This document shows, one piece after another, positions 12,100-26,202 of a DNA stretch of 64,000 bases. The translations under genes and the position numbers were made by a program. Below the pieces are notes generated by a model that was not told the DNA's origin, did no database searches, and saw only the letters and a program-made list of their open reading frames with translations. The stretch's first letter is position 1; each line of letters starts with the position of its first letter. The stretch comes from Takakia lepidozioides (Eukaryota; Plantae; Bryophyta), in assembly GCA_030704615.1 (NCBI GenBank), contig CM060731.1:30132001-30196000 (forward strand). Direction: 5' to 3'.

Positions 12100-13720
12100 T
12101 TCGGGCTTCACCCTTCCCCAATCATTTGCTCATAGGTCTCCAAAGCCTCCATCCCGTGCCCCTGTTGTGCATACCCTGCAAGCATGGCGTTCCACGACAC
12201 CACATCTCGTTCAGCCAGAGTTTGGAAAACTCCCTTCGCATCCTGAATGCACCCACATTTGACAAACATGTCCACCAGGGCAATGTTCATGATGACATCT
12301 GGTACAATTCCAACTTTGACGATGTCACCATGGACCTCTTTCCCCTTTCCCAGAGCTCCTAGGCTTGCACATACATTGCAAACACAAACAAATGTGACGT
12401 GGTTGGGCTTCTGCCCTTCGCACATCATTTGGTCATAGTTCTCAAAAGCCTCCATCCCAAGCCGTAGTTGTGCATATACTGCAATCATCGCACTCCACGA
12501 TACCCACATCTTGTTCAGCCATATTGTCGAACACTCCCTTCATACATGTCCACGAGGGTATTGTTCAGAATGACATGTGGTACATTTGCAGCTCTGACAA
12601 TGTTGCCATGGACCTCTTTGCCCTTCTCCAGATCTGTCAGGCTTGCACACACATTGCAAACTATCAAAGGTTCACTCAACCAGTAACTTACAGAAATTCA
12701 ACCTGAAAATTTAGGGCCGATTTTGATAAGAGGGGAAAACAGGGTGAAATGTGTTGATGATGGTTGCCTTCATTAGCAGTGCCTAATTTATCAATTGTGT
12801 CGTTGCTGCTGCGGCTTCCAGTTCACCATCTACCCATGCAGGTTTCTTGTAGCAATGGATCCACAGGGAATCATAGGTAATCTTGTGCTTGAAATCCGGC
12901 CCTCTTCCTGCAAACACCCCAACCCTAATGATGAGAGGGCAAAACAGACTGAAATAGGTGCAAGAAAAGGTGCCCTCACCAATTTAGGGCCGATTCTGAT
13001 AAGAGAAGAAAACAGGGTGAAATGTCTTGAAGAATGTGCCTTGAGTAGCAGTGCCTGATTTTATCAATTGTGCCGCTGCTACGATTTCCACAGCTGAACG
13101 GACAGAGATTGAAATGCGGCCTACTAAGACCAAGCTGACTCTCCCAAGAACCTTGTAAACATTAGGAAGAATACCAAATCATAACAGGAGCCAAGAGCCC
13201 ACATTTGCAGGATGGACTAACTTAGAAATTTACATGGTACATTAAGAAAAAGTCACCTTGTGATTGCGGTTGTCCCACCATCGTGAAGAAATTCAGGGCC
13301 GAGTCTGATGAGAGGTCAAAACAGGCTGAAATAGGTCAAAGAAGAAGGTGCCCTCACCACATTGTCCTCGACCTTGTGTCATGACCCATGGAGGATTTGA
13401 CTGACCATGAACACAAATAGGACCTCGTTGTGTGTGTTGCTTGTGTCTGTAGTCAGGTAAAGTCGTATTGGTCTGTAAGAACCACCACGGTGCAGCTGAG
13501 CGGGCGTCGATTGAAACACGGACTGCTAAGACCAAGCTGTCTCTCCCAAGAACGTTGTAAACATTAGGAAGAATACCAAATCATGGTACTAACTGGAGCC
13601 AAGAGCCCATTGCGGTTGTGGTGTAGGTTGCGCTTCACCCCTTCCTGCATCAGTAGCTCAAGAATAGGTTTGCAAAGCCTCCATCCCACGCCCCTATCCT
13701 GCGATCATCGCGTTCCATGA
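12100..13720 (-). pseudogene. PLS PPR pseudogene fragments plus OSB/PDF-like exons
   Basis: ORF 12108-12509 PLS motifs; RGPDFKHKITYDSLWIHCYKKPAWVDGEL (~12820-12905); SSRWWDNRNHK then GT donor (~13257-13290); PDYRHK...SNPPWV (~13383-13460). Confidence 0.8.
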
Positions 13721-15604
13721 CCCAACACAACAGCTCGATACTAAGAAACCACGCCGGAGAAAAAAAAAAAAAAAAAAAAAACTAAGTCCCAGCCCTCTCA
13801 TGCGCAACCCTATAAGCAACTTTTTAAACCTTTTTAACCTTTTGGCTACCAGGCTTGGACTAGAAGTCATTCCGGCGACTATTTGGTGGTGAGCTCGCGC
13901 TGGTCAACCATCATTGACCAACCGTCCGTCTAGTGCGGAGCCATGCAGTCATGATGACGTCTACCAAAGTAGTCCCCCAGAAGACTACGTAGTCACGTAG
14001 TCATTTCAACGACTACGTGAAGCCCCATTTGGTCCAAAAATACAGGGAAGTCATGGTCAAAGTCAGAAAAACCATGACTACCATGGCTCGACAGTCAGAT
14101 ATACCTCGATCTGTTGTAGTGTTCAATGGACACTGGGCTTTCTCGCAGTTTACTGCTTCCTGAGTTGCTAAGTTCATTACCACTGAACTCCTGGCCTTCA
14201 TCGTGTCGTGAAGGTCCTCCAATGAGCGTTTTTCCATTCCAAGTCATTCTGATGCTATGTGATTCTTCTCCTATCACTTGCCAGCTTTCTATAACTCTGG
14301 CTCCAAGTACAGAGTTACATAATTTTCCTTCATTGCCTTTTCGGATCATCTTAACATTCTTCTCACTTTTCTTCGTCACTATCCAGTCCTGAACCTTGCT
14401 TTGCCACCCGACATTCCGTGTCATCTCAGTTCAATTTATCTCGGGTCTGTTTATCTTATTAGGACCTTATGAAGACATTGATTCTTCTGGGGCCCATTCA
14501 TATTTAACTATATGTATTTGAGCTTGGTACTAATAGTACCAACAACTAGTATATGACACATAATGTTAATTTTGCAAGTTCTATGCCAGTCATATTTTTT
14601 CTGATGTCAGTACCTTGTTTCTCACTACCATTTCTTACATTCAAGTCTAATTTCATAGGTGATAAATGACTTGTACACTTTCCCAAATTTTAGGGTCCAT
14701 TCATACCGAGTAGTATGGTTAGTACACTACTAAACTCCGTACCCTAAAACCTATTTCCAATGTCTGATGCCTAATTAATTTATGAATTGTTTGTACAACC
14801 TCAGTGTGAATACTCACATTCCATGATTGTTTGTCCATTTACAGATCTCTAAACCCTAAACCCTAAGCCCTAAAACCTAATTCCATTGTTTGATGCATAT
14901 TCTTGTAAGATTGGATACAATCTGTGGTTGGGATATTGTATTCCCAAACCTAATCATAGTTGACAAGTCATCTGTACCATTTCCCTTATTTTCTTTCCCA
15001 TTCACACCGAGTACTATGTTTAGTACCCTGGCAAACTCTATACCCTAAAACCTAATTCCAATGTTTGGCGCTTATTTGATTTACTGCCTCCAATTTTGTG
15101 TACGGTCAAACTGGTGGGGATAATATTTCATGAATAGTCCAGCTTGGTTCGATGACTTTATAGGTGAATCTACAAGGCACTCTTCCACAATTTTTGGTTG
15201 TCATATTCACCTTTGTGAATGATATCTAAATATTTTGAAACATAATTCACATGTTTCATTGACATCCACCCTTATTCCATTCAACATTTTAATCCATCAA
15301 TTGAAAACTTGCAATACATTGGTTCATGGTACTAGTATACTTTTAGCATGGTATGGATGTTTACTTTTCATTTGTATATTATCCTCTTGAATCATATCTT
15401 TATGTCATCCCTCTATCAATTTATTAATAACTTCTCTCAATCGATCTTATATTTATAATTTATTGACGCAAAGTACGTCATTCGACTTACCATTCCGATG
15501 TTACATGAATGGGATTGTACAACTTCACAAGTTAAATGACTCAATACTCCACAATATTATTATTAATACCTGAATTTATTTTGTTTTTCAAAATTATCTT
15601 GCAT

Positions 15605-18600
15605 TTTATTATGTGAGGGGAAAAAATAAACCCTTATGGGGCCATAAGGCAAACACACCTGATGGTGAGGGACGAACCCAGAGTACTTTAACGGAGAGAA
15701 ATCCATCCAAGAGGATGAGGTGGAAAGCTATGTTTAAAAAAAAAACAGCTAGGAGAGGGTCAAGAGCGAAAGAAGTGCTCAGGAGATGCGAGCACTTGGT
15801 ATGCCGATTAGCCCTGACAGATTCCTACCACTGCTAACAGTGAGAAGATCAACCTAAAAGTGAACCTTGCATCTTTAGAACAAGGAAGCCAGGATTTGTT
15901 TGAGAGAAGAAAGCCTTGGAGAGATCAGCTATGAGCGATCCATATCAAGCAGGGATTGGAGCTGAAGAGAGATAATAAAAGAGAACACTTAGAGTAAGGA
16001 ATTCTTGAAGACAGAGACCAGGGAGCATGTTTTTGCTGCTGGCGTTGGAGGAAGCCACTTGCCGAAGCTAAGCCGAGTCGAGTTCCTGCCATTGATGTGC
16101 TTCCAATTAATTTCCCTATCGAACTCCGGTGAGTCATGGTAGCACAGTGATTGCCCCTTGCCAGGAGTCCGGTGGGTCTCTGGTCCAAAGACAGATTGTC
16201 GACGAAGAGCAGTTGCATATGATGTTATCTTTTCCCCAAGAGCATTTGAATTTGCTGACGAGCTGATATTCAGCCTCTGGATTCTTTCTAATGTCTACAA
16301 TCATTTTGGCCCAGGCCTTTCTACCCTCAATTTGCACCTCATGGAATATTGTAGATAAAAGCACAGAGAGACAAGTCTTCTCTCTATTTAAAACCCATAA
16401 ACATCTTACTTTCCAAATGTTCCATAGAGAGATATGCTGCCTTGGCTGAATAGTTGAAGAACGAAGGACAGGAAGCTCCAAAATTCTAGGACCATTCCTT
16501 TGGGTCCACCATGACCCCCATAAGGGGCACTCCTTCCACCCAGAGAAATAGTTGAGATGAGAGCCAATCATTTAGGGGTTGATCCTTTGGAGCAAACGGG
16601 TTCATGTCTCTTTCAGGAGAAGACCACTGACAGATACGAACTAGAGTGAACTACCCAGCAGAGATAGTCACTGGATTCAATGATTCCACCACGAGAAAGT
16701 TTGATAGCTCAATTTTGTTTAGAACTATACCCTTAAAGTGGATGGGCCGAGCTTCAGTGATGTATATAACCTGATGAAGGGCTACTGAGTAGGTGACCCA
16801 GCTGCAAGGGCAAGCCTGCTGAGGACCTACCGTGAGAGTTTGAATCCAGTTGTCAGGAATATTTTGAATCAATTGGTGGTAGCCTGACGTCCCTCTTTGA
16901 GGACCAACTATTGGAATTATTTGGTCTAGAGGCAGAAAATCCCGACCGCCCCAAATGTCTTTGATTTGGGCTATGTTTAATTTATCCCAGACAGAGAATT
17001 TTGCAGCAGAGGCTCTGTCTGCAGCGGAAGGGTTGTTGCAATTGAGGGTAAGGAATTGGTGCATGGTTTCCTCATAGATTTTGGGTCCTCTTTAACCAAC
17101 CTGGGCCGAATGGATTTCCAAACATCCCATATGGCTCTCCATAAAGGGGAACCATTAGGTTTGTGTCTAAAACCCTGTGTGATCCATCGGAGAGATGGGC
17201 TCCATGTTTTTGGTTTTGAGGGGGGAACTTTTGAGAATGTGCTGATAAACTAGATGCTTCCACCATCCACCTTCAAGCCCTAATAGCCTTACTATCCATT
17301 TACCCAAGAGGGCCGATATTTGGGTTCCTGGATCAATGATCCCCAAGCCACCTTTCTTTTTTGGAAGGCAAATCTGGGCCCAAGAGACAGCTGGTCTAGG
17401 GCTCCTGACATCTGAATCTGCGCCCCATATAAAGTTACGGATGGTTTTTTGGATCTGTTTGATCTATGGAGCTGAGGGGCTCCAAATTGAAACAAAGTAC
17501 CATATGCTGGCCAGAAGAATCTGGTTGGCTACAAGAGCCCTTCCAATAATTGAAAGATGACGGGAACCCCGGTAAACTAGCTTCTTTTTTAGCTTAACTA
17601 TGACATGGCCCAACCTCTGGTCGTCCGAAAGGTTAATCCCAAATGGGTGCCCAAGCAGGGTAGTAACATCCCCTTGTTGCAGCCATTTGAGACCCAGATT
17701 CCCTCCCCAATTAGAGCTGAACCCAGCAGGAATGGTGGTTGTGTCTCCAGCAAGGATGGCAACTGTTTTTGCCCAGTTAACTTTAAAACCAGAGGCTTCA
17801 CAAAAGGTAGCCAGAGATTTAGTTGCCTCCTGCAGGTTGGTATCCATGGCCTGAAGGTATAAAACCGTGTCGTCTACAAACATTGAGTCTTTGATCTGGA
17901 GGTCATTGTTGGCTTGGGTTTTGATTTGGAGCCCAGTTATATTTGGGTTGTTGTCCAAGAGATATCCTAGAGAGTCTGCGACTATGAGGAAGAGGAATGG
18001 AGTCAGTGGGCATCCTTGACGAAATGATCTTTGGAGGTCAAAATTTTTAGAGATGAATCCATTCACTGAAACCCTACTGGATGCGTTGAGGAGGAGTATT
18101 TCGACCCAACGACAAAAGTCGTTTGAGAGTCCTATTTTTTGGAGTGTCGCAAACAGCATTGGCCATTCTACCTTATCAAACGCTTTTTCTAAGTCCAAAA
18201 GAAGCATGGCTATGTGTTGCCCAGTGGATTCTGCATAGATTGGGGTCTCTTGTGCCAACAGAATATTGTCAAGGATATATCTTCCCTGACGAACCCAGCT
18301 TGACCAGGCCTAATGATGGTTGGAAGGAGAGGCTGTAGACGAAGGGCCAGTGCCTTTGCAATGATCTTGTATGAAACATTGAGCAATGTTATAGGCCTAT
18401 AGTTTGAGATCTGCTTTCTGTCCCCTTTTTTGAAGAGAAGAGTAATAATTCCCTGAGCCATTTGTCTTGGCATGGATCCTTTTCTTTTGATCTCATTTGC
18501 CATTGCACAGAAGTCCTTGGATAATACCTACCAGAGGGTGCTATAAAATTCAATAGGCATACTGTCTATGCCCAGGGATTTTCGTTTGGACATAAACTTC

Positions 18601-18979
18601 AAGGCTTTCAAGAGCTCAGTTTCAGTGAACTCTCCATCCAAAGAGGCTGCGCCTGATTGGGTGAGCTTGGTTTGATGATTGCGCAGGCATGTTTCCCTGG
18701 CCAGAGTAATGCTTTGCGAGTCAGGTCTTTGTTTGAAGAGCCCTGCAAAGTGAGAGTGCACCGTTGAAACCATTTGTTTGGGATCTGAGGAAGAGTGGCC
18801 CAATGGGTCTTGCAGCTCTGAGATAATCTGGGTGGTTCTACAAGCTTGAACTTTCTTGATATTTCGACATTTTTTCCCCCTTTGAAGCCCAGTTGATACC
18901 TGCCTGCAATTTAAACTTTTGCTCCCTCATATAGTCGAAGGCTTCAAGGTTCCGCCTGGCTTCATGATATGTTTGAAGC
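15605..18979 (-). mobile_element. L1/Tx1-type LINE, 3' portion (ORF2 RT and C-terminus), pseudogenised
   Basis: RT motifs NYRPITLLNVSYKIIAKAL, LLLDLEKAFDKVEW, RQGCPLTPFLF, SMFVDDTVLYL; multiple stops and frameshifts; truncated at the inversion breakpoint. Confidence 0.93.
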
Positions 18980-19240
18980 GATACAAACAAACAGGAAAAC
19001 ATGAGACACTGCAGGCCAAAAAAAAGGTGTAAAAGGAATAGTGCGTATGGAGTGCTTCACATCCGCGAAGCACGAATCTCTCACTGGTGGGCGATCCGAG
19101 TCTCCGGATAATGATGTCTGCATTTCCTGCATGAGACGGAGCTTAAGTCGTGTCGTCGGCGGCTTCCCAAAATCCCGCGTCCTCCTCTTTGCCGGAGTCG
19201 CCTGACCTTCCACAAACTCTATGCTATCACTATGCTGCAT
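18980..19240 (-). pseudogene. Probable 5' end (first exon and intron) of the MULE accessory gene, displaced by the inversion
   Basis: ATG at 19240 (MQHSDSIEF...), followed by a pyrimidine-rich intron-like tract. After re-inversion it reads ...TTTGTATC|AG, an acceptor-like junction into 37291. Exon phase not confirmed. Confidence 0.5.
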
Positions 19241-19639
19241 AAGGAGAGGAAACGCAGGAGAATATCACTGCAGAAGGGCAAGGAGCGAGAGAGCGAAGCG
19301 CTGGAACATGCAACCACTATGCACGAGCAGATGCGTAAGCAGCCACGTCTCCGGAAGCGTTGCCACCGTCCACCACTTTCTGCCGTATGGGTGATGAAGA
19401 GATTGCGACCCCTGACACGTTCGCACGGATGAAGTCGACTGGAACACAACGCGTGCCTGTTCAAGCCACCAGTACAAGACGCTTTATCCGAATTGCGGCA
19501 CCAAAATACCGTTCCGTTCACCGGATGCTGTTCCCGGAGCAGCCGACATTGAATGAAATATCCGCACATCACAAAACCCAACCGCCATGAAAATCCCCTG
19601 CCTATGACATTCAACAGTGAGGTATTAACGTTTCATCAG

Positions 19640-21110
19640 CGGACGGATGAATTTCGGCGCCGAAATTCATCCTATTCAAGTGCTTCCATGCACAAACTTA
19701 TGAATTTCGGCGCCGCAATTCATCGCTTGCCCAGTCCTCATCCATCATGAGGAAACCTGTCAGTCGGATATCGGAGCCGGAATTAATTCCGAGACAGTGG
19801 AGACGGCTGCACCTTGGCACATTTCATCCATATTTCGGCGCCAAAATTCATCCAGCGCGAAGACTAAATCGGCACCATGCTACGCTTTGCCGCCATCATT
19901 GCCCCTCACGGATGCTGTCCATGCCTGTTGGACTTGCCATGTCTGGACATTTAACTATAATTTCGGCGCCGAAAATATACTTTATGTGCGGCAACGTCCC
20001 GTGCGAAAAAAGACCACTTAATGGATACTGTCAGTTTCAAATGAAATCAACGGCTAAAATGCAATTAATTTTCCCCCAACATGAAAAAATATCCCCTTTC
20101 GACATTGCATAACGGCCTTTTGTAAGACAGAAGGGGTTGAATGTGCCCTGCATTAAATGTAGAGTATTCGTGTTATTTTCGTCGGAATGGATTATCTCCA
20201 ACGAATTTCGGAACATTACATCATCCAAAAGCAAGAAGTAAGTGTCGGGATCGGACGAATTTCGGCGTCGAAATTCATCCGTTGCATAGAAAACGTAATT
20301 TAGAGTTACTCATTGCGGATAGTAAGGATGAATTTCGGCGCCGCCAAAATTCCTCCATTTCTAAGAGAAATAAATATTGGAGGGAGGGCATTGGATGAAT
20401 TTCGGCGCCGAAATCCAGCGCTCAAACCCTTAAAAGAATTTGGAGGGATGACTTCGGATGAATTTCGGCGCCGGAATTCATTGCTCGCGAAGAAAAAAGA
20501 AAATTAGAAGGGAGGACTTGGATGAATTTCGGCGCCGAAATTCATTGCTTGCGAAGAAAAAAGAAAATTAGAAGGGAGGACTTGGATGAATTTCGACGCT
20601 GAAATTCATCTGTCGCAAGGAAAAAGAAAAAGAAGGGAGGACCTCGGATGAATTTCGGCGCCGAAATCCATCCGCAGGACAGCAGAATTAGAGTCGAAAA
20701 AGGACAAGAAGAATGAATTTCGGATTCAAAATTCATCCATTCTGCCTATTCAGGATTACTGTCATTCGGATGTCGGCACCGAAATGCGGACACGTGGTGA
20801 ATCACGACTGTAATCACGAACACATTCATCCGTATTTCGGCATCCAAATTCAACCCTCACGTGCAGAAACAATTTCATGAAGAAGATGTTCATCCGAATT
20901 TCGGCACTGAAATCCATCCGTTGGGTGCTTGCTCAGTTTCATGAGGTGAACAAATTACGATTTCTATCGCCAGAATTCATCCCCTGGCTTCCAAATCTGT
21001 TACATGACAGAGACTTTCATCCAGATTTCGGTGTCGAAATTCATGGGAAGGCATGATTTATTGTAGCCCAAGTGGTGGTACATCACAATTCAGGCACCAA
21101 ATATCCGATG
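19640..21110. repeat. Dispersed array of the palindrome GGATGAATTTCGGCGCCGAAATTCATCC between the divergent MULE genes
   Basis: Perfect 28-bp palindrome at 19645-19672, 24-bp at 20522-20545, and many CpG-decayed copies. Confidence 0.9.
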
Positions 21111-21249
21111 TGAACTTGTTGTTGTCGTCCGTTTTTGTAACGTACGTTACACACCTTCATCCATACGTGCACTGATCACCCATCCTGTTGGATACAGAAT
21201 CCTCCAGAAAATCATTGTGGTATTAGGTAGGACACACTCTTCTCATTGC

Positions 21250-24200
21250 ATGACTTCGCTGCGGAGCGTACCGAAAGGTCCCGTCTTCAACATGGACTCC
21301 CGTGTTTGGGTAAACGTGTATTTCCATCCTGATTCTCTGAAAGCTAAAATACCCTGCGACCAAGGATTTGCGATTGTCACTGAGCAGTACTTGTGTGTGA
21401 AGTTCGGGCTCTGCCCTGGAACGGTGTTTTTGGAAGAGGAGACGAAAGATGCTTATGGAAATTTTCTGGAAAGTGTCGTCATTCTGCATGCAGATTTTGG
21501 AAAAGGTAAAGAGTGGCGGCTCCCAGCTTCTGAATCCATCCGGTACAGTGCAATTGGTGAAATCGTGCCTAAAGAGTTCCCACGCTGGAACTTGGTTGAT
21601 CCTCCTTCCACAAGAGGGTCTGGCGTGCAAGATGTGAAGTCTGCCATGAAGGATGTGGGCACCTCTTCACAAGCACAGAAGCCCAAACATGTGAAAAGGG
21701 AAATCCAGGAAAATAGGGAACAGTCGTCCACGACTTATCCAGTGACGATGAAGACTGTATGGTCCTTCCATCGTATGTTTCGAAGTCGTCCGTCACTAGG
21801 AGTGTTCAGAAGTCGGCAAACAATGAGCACACACCCTCCGACTCAACTTCCGTCCGCTCAGTCTTCGACATATTGCGGAGGATGAAGACAACGGGTTCCC
21901 GCTCCAGTGACCTTCTTAGGCTTGATTACGACAAAACTCCAATCCATTCTGTGGAAACTTTGCCTGAAGTTGTGGATGGGAATACTATATTCGAGTTCCC
22001 TGCAGTGCCGGCAGGCGCAGGCCCAGACGGCATGCTGGCAGGAATGAACAGGAAACATGACGGCCACCCTTGGTGTGTCACCAAAACTTCATCGTCCAAC
22101 CTGGGTGATGGAGTTCGAGTGAGATATGTATTGTGTGCTGGGCATCTTAAATGTTTCTCAAGCACATGTTACCATTACACGAGCAAAGGCACCCGGAATG
22201 AGACTGACTGGATTGGCAATTCGTCGACCCCATTTTGGCCTCAAGGTAGAGTTCTTGCAAGGACATTCAAGTGTGCCCATTGCAACGCAGCCCCTACGTG
22301 CATGGCAGTGTGCAACGCCAAGCAGTACTACGTCGGGACCGTCGGCCCAGCGTGCACCAGAGCATGCATTCATATCGGAAAGCATGACCACCCCGTCGCC
22401 AAAGGCAATTGCAGAGTCGCTTTTCAACAAGCCCACGATATTATCAAGGAAGAGGTGAGGTTCTGGCCGGGAGCAAAACCAAAGCAGATACAGCTCGCAT
22501 CCGCACATAGAATTGCAATTGGCAGAATAATGTCGGAGGACAGAAGCACAAGAGAGAAGCTGGGCGAGGGGGACATGAAGGAGCTGCTGGAAGCTGTCTC
22601 CCATGTGTGCAGCCCCAATGTCAGGAACCACATTGTCGGCTGCAAGAAACGAATCGGAAGAGGATCAGACATGCACTCCATCTTGGAAGTGAAGCGCACA
22701 TGCGGCTACGACTTCATCCAAGGCAGCTTCTTTCCTGGTCAAGGCTCAGAGACGGACAGGTGCTTTATATTTAAGATGTCAACGTGCGGACCGGGGAGTG
22801 GCGTCAATTTGGTGAAGCGGATGACCAGTGGAGACCTCTCAAATTGTTGGGTCATGTTCGACCACATCTGGCGAATTACCAACCACGATTGGGTGACAAT
22901 GGGGGCACATGTATACGACCCACATTGCAGAAAGTTGATGACCATTGCTATCTGCGAAATGAAAGGCAAAGACACAGATTCGGAGTTGCATATGTGGCGC
23001 GGAATTAATGAGCAAATGGCGAGAGCGAAGTTGCCCCCTCCCGATTTTAGGGGTTTCATGGTTGACAATGCCCAGGCGAACTGGGCTGCAGTTAGGAGGG
23101 TATATGGGGACGACCCAAAGACTCCCCTGGAAGGTAAGGAGAGATCTTGCGGGTTCCACTTCATGCAGAGTTTGACGCAAAACACGAAAAGGTTCGTGGC
23201 GTCACGCCACCGGCAAGATCATATCAGTATGTGCCTTGCGTGGAAAAATGCGAATTCCATCGACGAGGCGGAGACCAAGTTTGCAACCATACACGCTTGG
23301 TGGGTGTCTTCAGGGGCAGTGGATGTGAAAGATCAGCCAGAACTGCAAATGTGGCTTGCATGGTGGCACTATAGATTCCGCCAGTTTGGAGACTACATGA
23401 GACAGGTAACACATTTTTGTACTTGACAATTGTTCTGTTTTGTGCTTGGACATTCTCCACAATGAGTGACATTTCTAATTTCCTTCAACAGGACATGAGC
23501 TTGGAGGATGACACGGATATGCCAACGACGAACATGGCTGAATCGTGCACTCTTCCTAGCGTGCTTCCTCTGCGGCACATCTCGTTGACATGTTGACAGC
23601 AACAACAGAAGATATTGTGAGGGCCATCATGCAACAATATCGTTACTACTAGTTTCTGGGAGGAAAGCAATGGGGTATCGGACCAGACAGGCAGAGAATG
23701 CTGATGAGGGCGGCGCATCGTTCGACCGATCCCAAAAAATGGACTGTTGCATTGCAGGAAACAATAAGGTCAACGCCGTTACACAGTCGGGGGAACTGCC
23801 TTGAGGGCGATGTCCGCAGCCGGCCGGTAAAGAGAAGAATTGAGGACATGCCCGGAGGCGACGGGGATTCATGAAGATCAGATATGAACATCCGTACTCA
23901 ACCTCGGGGCGCAACGATGTTGCATCCCATGCCTCCTCCCAGCAGGACTCGTACCCCCTCTCCTACAGCATCCATGGAATCGCTGCCAGACTCGGGACAC
24001 CATGCCGAGGATGACCATGTTGCTCCTATTTTCGTTACCCAATACAACATTCCAATCGTGGAGCGAGATGTGTCGCTCGCAGTGGAGAATTGCACGGACC
24101 CGTCCGACATTTTGTGGCAAATGTTGTGCTGTTCGTGTCGACACCAACCAGAGATGCAATGAGATGATTCGGAGGAGCCCGCAGGGCGGTGTGCCTGCCC

Positions 24201-24916
24201 CTTGCTTCACAGGGAGATTTGTGTGCGCAAAGTTTGTGGAGGCCACACTGAAGGAGTTTTGGTTCTGCAGGCACGACATCATGTCGTGTGTGTTTGGCAA
24301 GCCCAAATATGGTGTACAAGGCATGCCTGAACCACCGGCAATCTGGCCTGTGGCAACTGGTACAGATCTTACCCTGGAGGAGGCAGACGCTCTAGGAAGT
24401 GCATGATTTCGACTGGTGGAGAGGACAGACGTTCCACGAAATCCAATTCCCAGTCGTCATCCTCCTCCCACGAGAAGCTCTTCGCCCCGCATACCGGTGG
24501 GTGACCCCACAGCTTGGCCCACCCATCGGTGGGGGAAACTGAAAAGACGGCGGCCACCAACAAAGGCGAACGACACCAGGATGGCCAACGCTCTTGCCTT
24601 GCCCTGCATAGTGCAAGGTTGCAGGGATGTTCCTCACCCTGGGATGGGGCGCATATTTCAGTTGTCAACAGCCGGGTCTGCTGCGCGCAGTGTCGTGTAT
24701 GCAATCACGGTTTCTCAGTACCCAGCTTGCAACTGTGAGGACTTCCTTGTTATGGAATCGAAGAATGCAGCATACGTCCCCTGCAAACACCTTTATTACA
24801 TTTTTCTGAAGCGCATGAGTTGCATATCCGCAGTGGACGTCTTCATCCATGCTCCAACACTGAGTTTCAACGAGCTGCACAAGGCCCTACGGCAGGATAC
24901 AGATCGGACTGCTTGA
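21250..24916 (+). pseudogene. Mutator-family DDE transposase with GCM/WRKY-like Zn domain and C-terminal SWIM finger (disrupted)
   Basis: Cys cluster ending RACIHIGKHDHP; D 22860 (VMFDH); D 23064 (GFMVDNA); CxxH CGFH 23148-23159; intron ~23406-23490; TTNMAES with E at 23540; SWIM CNCEDF...CKH. Frameshifts present. TGA at 24404 corresponds to GGA in the 10.6-kb copy. Confidence 0.88.
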
Positions 24917-25227
24917 CATTCCACATTCGGGAAGGAGAAAGTGGCAATTATATTACATTCATCTTCTTGCACCCTATTTTTTTGTGAGGAATTATACACT
25001 TGGTGGTGCCGCACCGCCATGGCTCCAGGTGCATTTCGGTGCCGCAATACATGAGAATGTGGTTTTTGGCCGTGAATGGCATGGGCATGCTTTTTTTATT
25101 TTGGTTATGTCTATAAATGGATCCGAGGAAAGCATACATTGTGTGGAGATACACGGGTATTGTGGCCTATTTCAGCGCCGTTATTGGTCTGTATACTGTA
25201 TAGTGCTTCCTTGTTACTGCTCTTCAT

Positions 25228-26202
25228 TCAATTTGTGATGATTTCGCAGCCCATCCTGGCGTTTTCGTCCACCTTTATGAGAAGACTCCAATTTGCTACC
25301 GATACATTGTCAGTGTTCTGCAAATGTGATGCCTTTACAAGATTGCTAGTTTTGTGTCCCAGTGGGAAGGGTCCTACTGCACATTTCCAGCATTTGCATA
25401 CTGCACCTTGTGCAAACAGCAATCCATACGACAAAGGACACGTCTCAGCATACTGGCAGTGATTTGCAAAAAACCTTAACAGAAGATTATCCAAGCATGT
25501 ATATTCCCCATATGGCACAGGGAAGCTACTTGATTTCTGAATCAAAATGTATGTGCCATGAGTGTCGGCGAGTCGAAACTTGTCTACTCTAGCATGCATG
25601 ACCTATGGTCCCCTCGCCCAAGAAGAAGGAACTCGAACTGGCCTCTCAAGGACCTCCTGAGTGACCGGGTGCCGATATTTGAACAAAATGTCAGTGGTTT
25701 CTGTCGCCCGGTTGAAACTAACGAGGATGTCGTGTTTATCGATAGCGCCCCCTTTGTAGAAGGACATTTTCACAGTGGGCCCTATGTTCCCCTCCTCCTC
25801 ATCCTCATAACTGAAGAGAATGTCCCCACTTTCCGAGCCAGTCCGTCCACGCGTGAAGTTTTCACCTATGCACTCATCATACGTCCACTTGCAACAATTC
25901 CAGCGATATAGCAACGCTGTGCGTGATCTGTTCGGCTCCCACTTAAGCGGAAAGTCCAGGTCCATGATGTGTAGGAACCACCTGCTCCCCAGCCGGGGTC
26001 CAGGAGAATCGTGCAATCCTGGAAGAAACTCCATTGCTCTCAGCTGGACAAGTCGAGGATCGTCCTTGTAAACATCTAGGAAGACAATGATGTCGTCTGC
26101 TTTCGGGACAATGACTCCTGTCTGGCATCGATAGATGTGATTCGGGCACGACATGGCTTCACGACACAGCAAGAACTCAGAGCAGGGAGGAGATGGGCAC
26201 AA
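25228..26202 (-). CDS. Orphan MULE cargo ORF (~325 codons with one in-frame TAG at 25603-25605)
   Basis: ORFs 25603-26202 and 25228-25599 are in the same frame, separated by one stop. No domain recognised. Confidence 0.4.

Noticed and set aside
14851-14880. Telomere-like AAACCCT repeats
   Set aside because: Only about four degenerate units in an AT-rich repeat remnant; no evidence of a real interstitial telomere.
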